64,000 nucleotides of DNA from an uncultured bacterium (GCA_964387845.1 CAYLXA010000009.1:32001-96000), one strand, 5' to 3'. Numbered from the stretch's first letter, positions 54,301 to 63,952 are shown. Program-made: numbers and translations. Notes: a model not told the origin generated them from the letters alone.

Positions 54301-57300
54301 CCCAACCTGCAGCGGCTCCTGTCAGAATTTTTAACGGCAGGTTCAATTCCGACCACGCGCTGCGTAGTTCGGAACGATGAGTAGTAACGGGGACGGTAGA
54401 CCCCACAACGCCAAGAAGATCGAAACGTGCGCTGCTGTCCACGCGCTGGTCTGCTTTTGTGATTAAATCAAAAAGAGACTGCAAAGCTTGTTTCTGATTT
54501 TCGTCGCGGACTTGCGCAAAAGCAAGCTGCAAAGCAGCTTCGGCATGGCTAAGCTGGCCTTTATTGAAAATCACGGCGGCCTGACGGACTAAAGATTCTA
54601 AATCGACAATTTCCGTAGGAAGCGGGGCAAATGGAAGCGATTCAAAAAATTTCCGGCTCTCACGGTCAGCAAAAGCTTGAGGCGTAATGCCTTCCGCTTT
54701 GGCGCTTTGCAAAATAACTCTCGTGCGGTGTTGGATTAAAGCCGCGATAGAACTATCGGAAGAATCATGCCCCAAATGGCCGTCAACTCCGGTGACGCCA
54801 CCGGCATTGGAAATATAATCCGGAACCGGTGTAATGCCCGCTGCTTTCAGCTCTTCCGCATCTTTCACCTTATCATAAAGCACATTATTCGTAGACCCGA
54901 CAACGCCCTTTACTCCGGCAAACATTAACTCTTTTGCAGCATCCGCATTAATCACAGGCCCTCGGGCTGCCGGCACAAAAATATCGACATGATCAACGCC
55001 CAGCCGGTTAAAATCATCTTTGAAATGCTTTGCCGGATTAAAAATCTTGGTTGTATAACCGCCGCCGGTTTTCGGTTCTTCCAAAAAGTGAAAGAAACGG
55101 TTTTGGTCAGCGTAAGTTTTAAGCGCCGGATGATCTTCGAAAAGTTTATCGATCCTTCCCTGGCTTACATCCGAAGCGATGACAACGCCGCCTTCATCCA
55201 AAATGGGCTGAATGACTTCGCTGCCGACACCACCCACGCCTTGAACTGTGAAAACTTTTCCCGCGATTTCGGGATTATCGGGAAAAATTTCTGATAATAA
55301 ACCTTTTAATGAAGCAATGATCCCAACGCCGGTCGGATGAGTCGGGACTTTGCTGTTTCCGGTTTCATCCGAATAAGGCACGATTGAAGTCGGCGCAAAT
55401 TTAAACAGCAGTTCGGCGTCCCGGACCGAAATATTCATGTCTTGTCCCGTTAAAACACCGCCGCCGATTAAATTTCCTATTTTCTCAACTGCTTTAGCGT
55501 AACTTTCAAGAATCGCATCGCGTTCGGGAGACTGAACCGCCGGATTAACCTTGTGGCTTCGGATAGCCGATTTGGAGCCGCCGATTTTTAAACCATTAAT
55601 ACCGGCACCTGCATTTTTAAAACTCATTTCCTGAGAAAGTTCAAGAGCATCAATCAACGCATCGACATCGCTTTGATAGCTCAAAATTCGCGTGCCGCCG
55701 GTAGCGCGCCACTGCCCGTTTAGGACACGGCCTTTGCTCTGAATTTGGGTAAGCCGGTGAATGGCAACATAAGCGGTATAACCCAAGATCGGGTTGTCAA
55801 TTTGAAATACGGCGTAATGCCGGTCCCAATGCTCACGGATCTGATCGACTGCTTCCGGAAAAGCCGCCATGAAATCACTCAAATTGCGCAATGCGTGGAT
55901 TTCGGTGCCATCCGGCATCACCATTCCGTCAAGGCGCTTTGGGTCCAACCGGTTGGCTTCGATATCGTATAAACGCAAATCGGCCACAACAGCTTTGGCC
56001 TGCCCCACAACCGATTCGCCCTGCGAATGATAAAGCCCGATTTCAATCCGCTCAAAAATGCCGATTAACTGTTCAAAGGATTCCGCGAGAGATAAAAGTG
56101 TTTGCGCAGTGGGCGTACCGACAATATTAAATTTTTTTCTGGTTGAAAAATCTCTTAATACGGCAGCGAAACTCTGAAACTGGAAATTTAAGATTTGGAC
56201 AGTCTTAAGATTGATTAATCCTGCATCAAGTACAACTTGAATATCGGTTTTGATTTTATTAAAAATCGGAGCGCGCACAACATCGCCCGCTACATCTCTT
56301 TCACTTTGTGTTGCCGCCGTTTCTTCCAGTTTCTGCGAACTGCTCTGAATTAACTGGACGCTTTCCAAAATAAGCCCCAGAACTTCACGAACATCCTTCT
56401 GCCGCAGCTCGGACTTTGCCAAATGGCTTGGCAAAGCCGAAGCAGTCCCGCGCAGTTCAGCGCGGGGCAGCTCGGCCGTTGATTTCGCCTCGGAGCGGGA
56501 AAGTTCTTCGAGAATAGAATCGGGTTGATTTGGATCGAGTATTTCCTTTAATTTTGCCAAAGCGATACTTCTATCTGAAAAATCTTTAACAGCCTGTATC
56601 AATTCTGACAGCGCCTTGCCTGTAGGACTCGTCGGCGCTTCAGCACGAGTCCGATGTTTGTCATAGCGTAGCGAATCTACTAAAAGAAACGCTTCGTGGG
56701 CTTTGCCGTGAAGCTGCTTCCACCGATGGTATGTATTGGGCATATTTCGTTGGAAGCCTGCTAAATCTGACTCCAGTTGCTCAAATATTGATTGGGCTTG
56801 AATAAGGCTGCTGTGAATAAATCTTATATCCTTTTCGGTTTGATGAAATTCCGGAGCGCTTGGGTTGATCATGACCAAGACAGGAGGAAATTTTTGTTTC
56901 ACTTTCTGAACCATAGGAATAAGTTGAGTTAAAATTTCTTCAAGAGTCGCGCGCAGCTCGGAGCGCGAATTCTTGAAAGCGTTGTTTCGGACGCCGGATT
57001 GATACTTGAAAGAGGTGTAAACATAAGTAATCGCAGCACCAATAAGCCCTGCGCCTACGCCGATCAGAATATACAGCGGCGTTGATTCAATGCCGTATCC
57101 AATACCGAGGATCGGAACGCTTACCGCGCCGGCGATGCCACCTGTAAAAAGACCGATAACCACGGAGTGAAGCACGCGCTCCCCTCGTGACATGTCTTTC
57201 AAAATACTGAATGACCTCGCCCGCAGCTCGGACTTTGCCAAATGGCTTGGCAAAACCGAAGCAGCCCCGCGCAGTTCAGCGCGGGGCAGCTCGGCCCTGT

Positions 57301-59173
57301 GAAGACGCTCCGTATCCACAGGTCTCTCGAGTTGTGGTTCCGAAGGAACTTTACGAACCTCGGAACGGCTATGCAATAATGGTAGTTTCGACAAAGGCGT
57401 ACCTGCATTGCTATCGAGAAACTCTTGAACGAGCTTAGAAACTGTTTCCGCTTTTGCGTTTTCTGCTTTAACAGTAATAAGCCATGTTGGATAACTATCC
57501 GCCCAAATAAACTGAAGGTCTTGATATTTCAAAAACCGTCGTGTTCCATAATAAGAATCGATAATTTCAACACCATTTTCATTTTGAGAAACAACCACGC
57601 CTTGAATGTCGTCACTCTCCTTAATTTTTGCGTGCAGAAAATACCAATAACCCTTTACTCCAGGCTTATTATTCCCAAGATGAAAATGCATCCGATCCCA
57701 AAGATTCATCCAATCCTGGATACCTTCCACAACTTCAATAATTTCAATTTTCTTAGCTTTCTGTTTGGACTGCCGCAGCTCGGAGCGGGGCTTTTCGCCG
57801 TCACGCAGACGTGAATGCCGGGCTTGAGTAATGTGCGGCGTATCGTCTTCCACGGGCTCTTGAATATCCTTAGGATCTGCGCCGTGGCGAAGCTTTTGAA
57901 GATACGTCAAGTCAGCGTCTGCCTGCGGCGGCGTTTGGTCATCTTCCGATGCGTGGCGTAATTCTGAACGTTGGTCAGTTTTAGGTTGCGGTGTTAATGT
58001 GGGCCACTCCTCCCAAACCCATTTCTTTCTCATACGTTCTTCCGCCGGATAATCAGTTGTACCAATCATGAAATGTGAGCCATGAGGAGAGAGCCAATAT
58101 TCATCCTCTGCACGGCCTTTACCAGAACTTACGGTCAGGACGAAATCTTGGTGTTCGCTAAGAATGGCGGTTACTTTTTCAACAAAAGCTTGTGTCGTGG
58201 CTTCATTCATTAAACGGTATCTCAAATTTGCTACTTCATCGTCAATGAAATCTTCAGAAGGCAATAAACCGCTTAAATTTAAATTTCTCACCTTCTCTTC
58301 AATGCTGTGAATAATTTGATTTTTTCTGATTTCACGCGCACTTAACACAGGAGCAGATTGATACGCCTTGCGCACCATGCGGTAATAAGTAATCGCAGCG
58401 CTAATAAGCCCTGTACCAACGCCGATCAAAACAGATGAGGCGGTCGATTTAATGTTGTATCCAGTGCCGAGAATCGGGACACTCAAAGAACCGACAATAC
58501 CTCCGACAAAAACACCGATGAGCAAGGTATTGGCAATAAGTTCTCCCCGCGACATACCCTTAAAAGCTCTTGCTCGCAATTCAGAACGGGATTCTGATCG
58601 AGTTTCGATTGAAATTTGAACTTGATCGGTAGAGGCAACTATCACGTTCTCAAGCGCAGGCTTTAAGTCAAAACGGATAACTAACCAATCCGTACTGACC
58701 GGAATGTTGCTTCCGTTGATTGAGATACCGGAAATACGGACATGGGACCAGGGGTCAAATTTGAGATGCAAACCGGTTTTTTGGCTGACGATATTTAAAA
58801 TATCCAAAACGATTGAAGAGAGTTTCTTAGTTCCAATGCGCTGATTGTAAGAATACGGTTCTCCGTTGATGGTAAAATTGATATTCGACAGAGCCCGTTC
58901 GGTTGATTGCTCCGGAAGTCGTAATTCTGATTTTTTACCAAAATCATCCTCCGGAATTTCCAGTTTTGCGGGGATTTCAATGCCTGCTTTACGAAGCTCA
59001 GAACGCACGTTTGAGAACCCAGTGTGCGCTTCCGGATTTGCCCGTATGTGATAAACTTCGGAATTTTTAAGCGCAACAGAAGACGCAAAATCCGTGTAAC
59101 CGACGGTACTAGTAAATGTAAAAGTGATGAGGAGTGTGAGCGAAATAATCTTCAAAAATGGCTTGCCGGACAT
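51386..59173 (-). CDS. Giant membrane-associated polyprotein-like gene of 2595 aa. It has a leader, a two-transmembrane hairpin module present twice, a Glu/Leu/Phe/Val-dehydrogenase-like module, and a TetR-like helix-turn-helix module. It carries the most RSELR motifs of any gene: 12 exact plus six variants (PRAELR, KSELR).
   Basis: Stop-free frame of 7.8 kb with an ATG at 59171..59173. Leader: MSGKPFLKIISLTLLITFTFTSTVGYTD. Confidence 0.8.
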   Translation of the reverse strand: MSGKPFLKIISLTLLITFTFTSTVGYTDFASSVALKNSEVYHIRANPEAHTGFSNVRSELRKAGIEIPAKLEIPEDDFGKKSELRLPEQSTERALSNINFTINGEPYSYNQRIGTKKLSSIVLDILNIVSQKTGLHLKFDPWSHVRISGISINGSNIPVSTDWLVIRFDLKPALENVIVASTDQVQISIETRSESRSELRARAFKGMSRGELIANTLLIGVFVGGIVGSLSVPILGTGYNIKSTASSVLIGVGTGLISAAITYYRMVRKAYQSAPVLSAREIRKNQIIHSIEEKVRNLNLSGLLPSEDFIDDEVANLRYRLMNEATTQAFVEKVTAILSEHQDFVLTVSSGKGRAEDEYWLSPHGSHFMIGTTDYPAEERMRKKWVWEEWPTLTPQPKTDQRSELRHASEDDQTPPQADADLTYLQKLRHGADPKDIQEPVEDDTPHITQARHSRLRDGEKPRSELRQSKQKAKKIEIIEVVEGIQDWMNLWDRMHFHLGNNKPGVKGYWYFLHAKIKESDDIQGVVVSQNENGVEIIDSYYGTRRFLKYQDLQFIWADSYPTWLITVKAENAKAETVSKLVQEFLDSNAGTPLSKLPLLHSRSEVRKVPSEPQLERPVDTERLHRAELPRAELRGAASVLPSHLAKSELRARSFSILKDMSRGERVLHSVVIGLFTGGIAGAVSVPILGIGYGIESTPLYILIGVGAGLIGAAITYVYTSFKYQSGVRNNAFKNSRSELRATLEEILTQLIPMVQKVKQKFPPVLVMINPSAPEFHQTEKDIRFIHSSLIQAQSIFEQLESDLAGFQRNMPNTYHRWKQLHGKAHEAFLLVDSLRYDKHRTRAEAPTSPTGKALSELIQAVKDFSDRSIALAKLKEILDPNQPDSILEELSRSEAKSTAELPRAELRGTASALPSHLAKSELRQKDVREVLGLILESVQLIQSSSQKLEETAATQSERDVAGDVVRAPIFNKIKTDIQVVLDAGLINLKTVQILNFQFQSFAAVLRDFSTRKKFNIVGTPTAQTLLSLAESFEQLIGIFERIEIGLYHSQGESVVGQAKAVVADLRLYDIEANRLDPKRLDGMVMPDGTEIHALRNLSDFMAAFPEAVDQIREHWDRHYAVFQIDNPILGYTAYVAIHRLTQIQSKGRVLNGQWRATGGTRILSYQSDVDALIDALELSQEMSFKNAGAGINGLKIGGSKSAIRSHKVNPAVQSPERDAILESYAKAVEKIGNLIGGGVLTGQDMNISVRDAELLFKFAPTSIVPYSDETGNSKVPTHPTGVGIIASLKGLLSEIFPDNPEIAGKVFTVQGVGGVGSEVIQPILDEGGVVIASDVSQGRIDKLFEDHPALKTYADQNRFFHFLEEPKTGGGYTTKIFNPAKHFKDDFNRLGVDHVDIFVPAARGPVINADAAKELMFAGVKGVVGSTNNVLYDKVKDAEELKAAGITPVPDYISNAGGVTGVDGHLGHDSSDSSIAALIQHRTRVILQSAKAEGITPQAFADRESRKFFESLPFAPLPTEIVDLESLVRQAAVIFNKGQLSHAEAALQLAFAQVRDENQKQALQSLFDLITKADQRVDSSARFDLLGVVGSTVPVTTHRSELRSAWSELNLPLKILTGAAAGWVGLIVVGTIIGLTLLAYWRLKPQATNQTSGSQVANDNDDEFDLMSAAVAGSSVTDQSSTRKFRLWIGNVLLSIFFRLFVREIKDQNSTPKSSSDDAHRSELRNSLVRLAISAGASAISGFVVYQLTKWLSHDPSKPMQVAIGVSFISTFLIYLFLSLFKKSAEADREAEKLLAELETQAGSAEKSELRASEYSDLVYAGSQYIAGGLFAGVISLVTLVIKRGFSAFANRTNTPFSSAASKEAKVTPQEYLRSHLISAFGRAHRNLDILPRIEIKLHPDPDEDIVNFKFDIANETLIIEISNFTLSAAIRAPAVIAKQIVALIPEDILNTIYLGPEDAEVVASRSELRNNLGGSVSIASDFFYIVSQYGFAALGAGLWAALWVVPIKLSKQRSDFKLGRKAVELSGPFHIAIKYVGRKQRVFLIEPYSYKIAISEKVEGQTYLIAELYRDGDQRVSNLLTLEWLINRINLTMPKQAEAGAVPSARVSKRGTFYFVTVAQTAEQSGQADSDTDGIQEPRSELRATEATPDQVNSAIDRLFADYVKSSGSNIDNQTVPAFIDTLEIKDVEREIQGGSGASEAIAVTGTQLMEGIRAFRSRQSGRSELREETETPKMSVRDRILDTVKRLGQEGRLQTTLTELAAEADVAYDTLVNYRKSDPAIEAVIQWAVTEGSLRNSKDQMETKPAPTRDRLRVALQSMVQGKIKHPTLKSLSGALGLKLPNLSTYQRTDSGIRDLISKIVVRRNVGPSAESQLAATSEKSGIRSELRASSAVVDDFATLGDMVDRNARTELGGFVYAAVENLRFPNYDDPTSTIRFFDYFAPSQSDQVLGTILTQDLVLAESERTEKGQELLWALRFIVPKVDRIAFVVDSTGEAAIRDVLQGISIDHVVFSRSYPDARRQLIEKGANKTRILASKREKAFFERLGERYKSLVEYVSREDVSALYRALGIRDIVEQLSIQLRSELRTLRSA
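52300..52480 (-). other. TetR-like helix-turn-helix segment embedded in the giant gene.
   Basis: RDRILDTVKRLGQEGRLQTTLTELAAEADVAYDTLVNYRKS resembles the TetR N-terminal helix-turn-helix. Confidence 0.4.
54750..55950 (-). other. Amino-acid (Glu/Leu/Phe/Val) dehydrogenase-like module.
   Basis: GGTRILSY, GLKIGGSKSAI and VQGVGGVGSEVIQPILDEGGVVIASD (Rossmann). Confidence 0.5.
56398..56480. repeat. About 80-bp in-frame element made of two perfect hairpins (ctttgccaa/ttggcaaag and ccccgcgc/gcgcgggg); copy 1 of 2.
   Basis: Near-identical to the copy at 57218..57296. Encodes PRAELRG(T)ASALPSHLAKSELR. Confidence 0.7.
57218..57296. repeat. About 80-bp in-frame double-hairpin element; copy 2 of 2.
   Basis: Direct repeat of the copy at 56398..56480, about 820 bp away. 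Confidence 0.7.
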
Positions 59174-59347
59174 TATTTGTTGGACATCCCTTTCAAAACT
59201 GAGATTCTCTTGCCAGACTTTTCCAAAGTTTTAAGCTTCAGAGCCAGAAAAATACAATGGCTGCTTTTGATAATGGATTGATCTTTTCTGCGCCTGACTG
59301 TGAGTTGGATCATTTTTTCTGCCGAATTTCCTGCCGAAAATTAAGAA

Positions 59348-59376
59348 AATATTATCATTAGAATACCTTTATTTCA
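59348..59376 (-). promoter_or_regulatory. Candidate sigma70-type promoter (TTGAAA-17 nt-TAATAT) in the 290-bp AT-rich gap upstream of the 2595-aa gene.
   Basis: The plus strand reads atatta at 59348..59353 and tttcaa at 59371..59376, 17 nt apart. Confidence 0.3.
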
Positions 59377-59461
59377 AGTATATAAGGTATTTTTTTTAAT
59401 ATGATAAGATAACTTTGATACCTTTTAGTTCTATTATAGAACAGCTTATCAAAGCTCTTAA

Positions 59462-62400
59462 TTAGGCGCGCGATAGGACTATTTGGTATGAACGGATGAA
59501 TTGATCGATAGCTTCGACGGCTTTCCCAAGGCGGCCTCGGATACTGCTAATCATATCAGCCGTGAATAAAACAACGCTTGTGAAATAATCACTCAGTTCA
59601 CTTCTCACGATTTCTGCCTCATGGCTTGAATCCGTAAAGTAAATGTTAGTCCGGATTCCCTTCGAACGCATGAGTTTGGCTAATTTTTCAGGCGTTGCGG
59701 CATATAAAATTTGTCTATCAATGGGAAGTGATGCATTGAGTTCATCGACAAAGCGAAGTTCGGAACGCGTGGGTGTTACAAATCCGATTCTCACATTCGA
59801 CTGAGCTGCAATTTGAACATAATACGGCGCGAGCCCTTCATCGAACACAATGCTCCGCGCAAATACCCAGCCTTGGCTGGTACTATCGTGAATAAGTTTA
59901 TCAGCAGCCATGGAGCGGTGAAGCTCGGAACGTAATCCGGGGTTTTGTTGAAGCTGGGTTCCAATGGCCTGATGCGCTTTTGTTAGAGATGAAAGCCTTG
60001 TATCAGTAATATTGAGGGCATCTTCTGCATTTAGCCTTTGGAAATCCGCGCTTGCTGTCCTTGAATTCCGAAGCTCGCTGCGGACTTTCCATGGATTGGA
60101 CCTTTCCGGAGGATTTGTATACTTGTTACGTTCTGTTATTACTCGCTCAAGCCCTTCCTTTGCGCTATTGACAGCGGCCGACGCAGAAGCCCATTTGCTC
60201 GGATTAAGTAATTGCGTGCCATCCGGCTCTTCTGCAATTGGTGTTAAATGTTGAAGCTCGGCCCGCCGAAGATCGAGCTCTTTCTCTGCTAATGCGACAC
60301 GCGCATTTAAGATTGCTCCTTTTTGCTTGCTTGCTTCGGCTTCGGTCAATGCCGCCTGCGCTGCATTGAATGCTGCTTCAGCCGCGGCCACTTTGGGATG
60401 AACTGTTTCAGTGCTTGCTCTTAATTCAGAACGCGATTCAAGAAATTGACGGTATGCTGCCAAGCTGGCAGATTCTGTGCGCGTATTGCCGTCTTTAACA
60501 GTATCACCGGAAATATGCGCAAGCTGCTCACGCTCAAGCCAATCAAACACGATGCCGCCGGTTGAGATGTACCGATTCTTTACGCTTTCCGATTCTAACG
60601 TTTCGCCGCCTTCGGTCCTGACGCGGACTTCATAGGAAGCAACAAAGGTCGGGTCGTTGGATGAAGCGCGAATCACGAAGCGCCCCGCCTCTTTCCCGGC
60701 TTCGTCTTTGAAGCGGATATCCGCAAACCGGTAAAGGCCGTCTTCGCCCTTGAAAGTTATGACTTCCCGGACTTTAAAAATACCGGCCGGCGATAAAAAT
60801 TCTTTTTCTTTTGAGAATTCTTGAATTGCTTTTTCAACCGTCAGGTCACGGCCGAGCGCAATAATTTTCGGATTGGGTGTTGCTGTATCGCTATATTGAT
60901 ACCCCGTATCGTTGCGCGGATCTCCTGCCAATTTTTGCAAAAGCGACGCCTGAAACGGCGGTTGAAACCGCGTTGATTGTTTATAGGGTTTTGCATAATG
61001 CTCGAATGCCGCTTCAAACGGAAATGGATTTTGTGTTTTGTGTTCTTGGGCGTATTGAGCAACTTGAATAACCGAAAGCACTGCCACTGCAATCGGATTT
61101 TCGTATTCGCCGGTCACATCGAGCCACGCATGACCGGAGCGCTCGCTCAACATGGGGATACTGTAACCTTTCCCTTTTAATTCTTTGGCTTTTGCCTTCA
61201 AAAACGGGTAGCCGGAATCGGTTATAAATGTTTCAATTCCGTTTTCCCCGGCTGCATCTGCAACACCCAAAGTCGAAAGCACATCACTAATCACCGCCAC
61301 ATGCTCGGAGGAACGTGAATGATAACCGCCTCGATTAACCAAAAATGGGATGAGGATGGCCATTAAATTATCCGGCGGGAGCACAAGGAAACTGCCGTCC
61401 TTTCTCTTAATCACAATTGCTCCGCGATCGCCGTCCAAATCAAACGCGAGGCCGATATCAATATTTTCATCAGACATTTTGGTTCTTAATTCTTCAAGAT
61501 TGGCCATAATAGACGGATCCGCTTTGTGCATTCCCGTAATCGACTGAACATCGCCGTTAATTAAAACGGCTTCGGCGCCCAAATTTTTGAATACAGCTTC
61601 CGCCAAATATCCGCTTGGTGTGTGGGCACCGTCAATCGCAATCCTAAGCCCTTCAAAGGGCTTTTGAAACATAACATACCCTGCGATCCGCTGCTCCCAA
61701 TCTGATAATACTTTTTCCGGGAAATCACTCTTTCTCAATTGATCAGCCAAATTAAAAAGATTCGCCGCGCTACCTCCGATACCGGCAACTCGGCCAACCA
61801 GCGTCGTTATGCGGACAGTATTAACATCTACGTTCAGCGCCCGGATATAACCTGACCTTTCGCCGGCATCGTGCACCATCCATCCGTAATCAGCCATGTA
61901 CTTTTGGACCATCGGAAGCGACACTGCTTTGATTTCTTGTGTCGTCAGACTCGCCAAGCGGCCTTCTTCGTCCTGTATGCTGACTTTTGCGCCGCGAATT
62001 TCATCCGTGCTGGCCACATGGCTCGACGTCAGCAAAACACTGACGAGCGGCTGTATCTCGCGCACCGCCCAAGAATAAGAAGTTGCAGCATTCGGGCCGT
62101 CTTCTGCCGTATATACCACATCCAAACCTGCATATAAAAATCCTGCGGTCAAAGCTTCGACAAGTTCGGGTTCGATTTTGCGTGCATCGCGCGCAATGAC
62201 AACCGTTTCATTTTTAGAACCCGATTTCTTTGCCTTTTCAAACGCCATCCGTGCCCACGTAAGACCCCACAAAAACCAAAGCTTCGGCGACGGCGCATGT
62301 TCTTTGTCTCGTGAACGGTAATCATAATCGCGCGCCATGAGTTTCACGAGCGTTTCATCTGCTTCGGTTGCCTTCATACGAATATATTTGGAGATCAGCT

Positions 62401-63952
62401 TCGTCGCATCCATCTCGGAAAGCCGTCTTAATTCGCTCCGTGCGGCAATTTCATTGCGCAAAGCTGAAAATGCACTGGATATTTTCTCGTTCAATTCCGA
62501 GACTTGCGCTGCGGTTCCGGCCGAAATCATTTCGGCCAGCTTTCCTTCCGCCTGAGAAGCGGCGGAACCTTGAAACTGCGACTGCAGCGACTGCCATTTT
62601 TCCTGAATTTCCCTGGAACGTGCGTGGAGCTGCGTGGAAAGTTCTGAAAGCTCTTTCAAATTTTTTGATTCGATTTTTGTTTTCGCGGCAAGCTTGACAA
62701 TTTCCTGGAGTTTTTCCTCCCAATACCGGAAACCAAACAGCCATAATTTCCCGCTTTGAACTTTCAACGCCGCATCCAAATCACTCATTGCTTCGATCGC
62801 CGCGCTAAACTCCGCATAAAACCGTTCGGCCGGATAAGGCGTAGCAGCAACTTCATGAAATGCGGCAGCGAACGGCTTTGCAACATTGTCCACCAAAGTT
62901 TTCAAGGCGGCTTCTTTTGCTTTTATGTCGGATTTGTCGCTATTGAGAGTTTTGCGTGCCGAAGGAAGCTCTGAAGACCTGACTGTATCGGTAACAAATA
63001 TCTGGACAGCGTCATTTTCAACCAAATCTCCCAAAACCTGCAGTTGCGGCATTGAGTGAGACTGGGCCGTATAAATACCCGTCAAAATATTTAACAATTC
63101 TTTATCTTGGGCATCTTTCCAATCGACTGATAAGTTTGAAACAGAAATAGGCGTTTTGCCAATATGCCTAAATTTGCTGGTGATAAAAATTTTAATTTGG
63201 CTTTCGCTGATTTCAGGAGCTATTTTGTCAAATTCACCCGCACCAAAAGCTTGTTTAACAACAGCGGCCAAAACCTGCTTCAATGTATTCCGGCCACCAA
63301 CCTCCAATTTAAATTGCCGGACATTTCCGCGTATGTTGAGATTGATCACGAAATAAACCTTAGCACTTCCCTCGCCAAGCTTGGGTTGATTGGGCTGGAT
63401 TACCGTTGTGCCGGCGGCAGGCTCTGAAGCATCCGGTTTAAAAGGTGATTCAAGCGTTACCGAATCTGCGCTTGGCGCTTTTACGGAAACTGAAATAACG
63501 AACTTGGTCAAGCTGGCTTTAACAGGTTTGAGAGCCGGGCTGGCAGCAAATTCAACATCAGTCAAGACCGGTTTTGGCGCAGGTTTCTTGACTTCTTCTT
63601 TCTTATTTCCTTTAGCATCGTGATCGGCCTTGCGGGCTTCTTCAACTTCAACTTGCGGGACACTTCTTACCGCCTGAATGAATACAACACCGTGCAAAGA
63701 CTGAAATTCTTCCAATGCCTCAATCATCGCCTCATCCCATTTCTCGGGGCGCACACCTTTCGCTAATTGATTCAGGAAATAAAGCCGGCCTTGATTGACA
63801 GCATGAAGCTCTGAAATCGCATCCCAAATTTCGCCGATTTCTTTGACAACCTCCGGTGTAATCCTGATTTTACTGTCGGTCAACTTCTTTGCGATATCAT
63901 CCCTGAGCGCTTTTTCTTCGCGCAATTCCGAACGTCTTTCTTTTTTTGGCAT
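59462..63952 (-). CDS. Large gene of at least 1497 aa with no leader. It has an RSELR motif at residues 7-11, an alpha-D-phosphohexomutase (PGM/PMM) module, and the conserved C-terminal domain. The 5' end may continue beyond the window end.
   Basis: The first ATG is at 63950..63952, but the frame stays open up to position 64000 (VYAPVWVWDSLPQLSL precedes the Met). Confidence 0.7.
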   Translation of the reverse strand: MPKKERRSELREEKALRDDIAKKLTDSKIRITPEVVKEIGEIWDAISELHAVNQGRLYFLNQLAKGVRPEKWDEAMIEALEEFQSLHGVVFIQAVRSVPQVEVEEARKADHDAKGNKKEEVKKPAPKPVLTDVEFAASPALKPVKASLTKFVISVSVKAPSADSVTLESPFKPDASEPAAGTTVIQPNQPKLGEGSAKVYFVINLNIRGNVRQFKLEVGGRNTLKQVLAAVVKQAFGAGEFDKIAPEISESQIKIFITSKFRHIGKTPISVSNLSVDWKDAQDKELLNILTGIYTAQSHSMPQLQVLGDLVENDAVQIFVTDTVRSSELPSARKTLNSDKSDIKAKEAALKTLVDNVAKPFAAAFHEVAATPYPAERFYAEFSAAIEAMSDLDAALKVQSGKLWLFGFRYWEEKLQEIVKLAAKTKIESKNLKELSELSTQLHARSREIQEKWQSLQSQFQGSAASQAEGKLAEMISAGTAAQVSELNEKISSAFSALRNEIAARSELRRLSEMDATKLISKYIRMKATEADETLVKLMARDYDYRSRDKEHAPSPKLWFLWGLTWARMAFEKAKKSGSKNETVVIARDARKIEPELVEALTAGFLYAGLDVVYTAEDGPNAATSYSWAVREIQPLVSVLLTSSHVASTDEIRGAKVSIQDEEGRLASLTTQEIKAVSLPMVQKYMADYGWMVHDAGERSGYIRALNVDVNTVRITTLVGRVAGIGGSAANLFNLADQLRKSDFPEKVLSDWEQRIAGYVMFQKPFEGLRIAIDGAHTPSGYLAEAVFKNLGAEAVLINGDVQSITGMHKADPSIMANLEELRTKMSDENIDIGLAFDLDGDRGAIVIKRKDGSFLVLPPDNLMAILIPFLVNRGGYHSRSSEHVAVISDVLSTLGVADAAGENGIETFITDSGYPFLKAKAKELKGKGYSIPMLSERSGHAWLDVTGEYENPIAVAVLSVIQVAQYAQEHKTQNPFPFEAAFEHYAKPYKQSTRFQPPFQASLLQKLAGDPRNDTGYQYSDTATPNPKIIALGRDLTVEKAIQEFSKEKEFLSPAGIFKVREVITFKGEDGLYRFADIRFKDEAGKEAGRFVIRASSNDPTFVASYEVRVRTEGGETLESESVKNRYISTGGIVFDWLEREQLAHISGDTVKDGNTRTESASLAAYRQFLESRSELRASTETVHPKVAAAEAAFNAAQAALTEAEASKQKGAILNARVALAEKELDLRRAELQHLTPIAEEPDGTQLLNPSKWASASAAVNSAKEGLERVITERNKYTNPPERSNPWKVRSELRNSRTASADFQRLNAEDALNITDTRLSSLTKAHQAIGTQLQQNPGLRSELHRSMAADKLIHDSTSQGWVFARSIVFDEGLAPYYVQIAAQSNVRIGFVTPTRSELRFVDELNASLPIDRQILYAATPEKLAKLMRSKGIRTNIYFTDSSHEAEIVRSELSDYFTSVVLFTADMISSIRGRLGKAVEAIDQFIRSYQIVLSRA
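60900..62250 (-). other. Phosphoglucomutase/phosphomannomutase-family module.
   Basis: LTSSHVAS (TASHNP-like), AFDLDGDRG and SERSGH (GEESG-like). Confidence 0.6.

Noticed and set aside
8929-59173. Giant ORFs as an artefact of stop-codon reassignment or a nonstandard genetic code.
   Set aside because: The ORFs lack all three standard stop codons over 8-17 kb. That cannot be produced by reassigning a stop in the standard-code track. Neighbouring housekeeping genes terminate normally with TAA or TGA.
77-63623. Numerous 60-260 aa plus-strand ORFs in the track.
   Set aside because: All lie antisense to long stop-free minus-strand genes. They have no motifs and show low-complexity translations. 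They are shadow ORFs.
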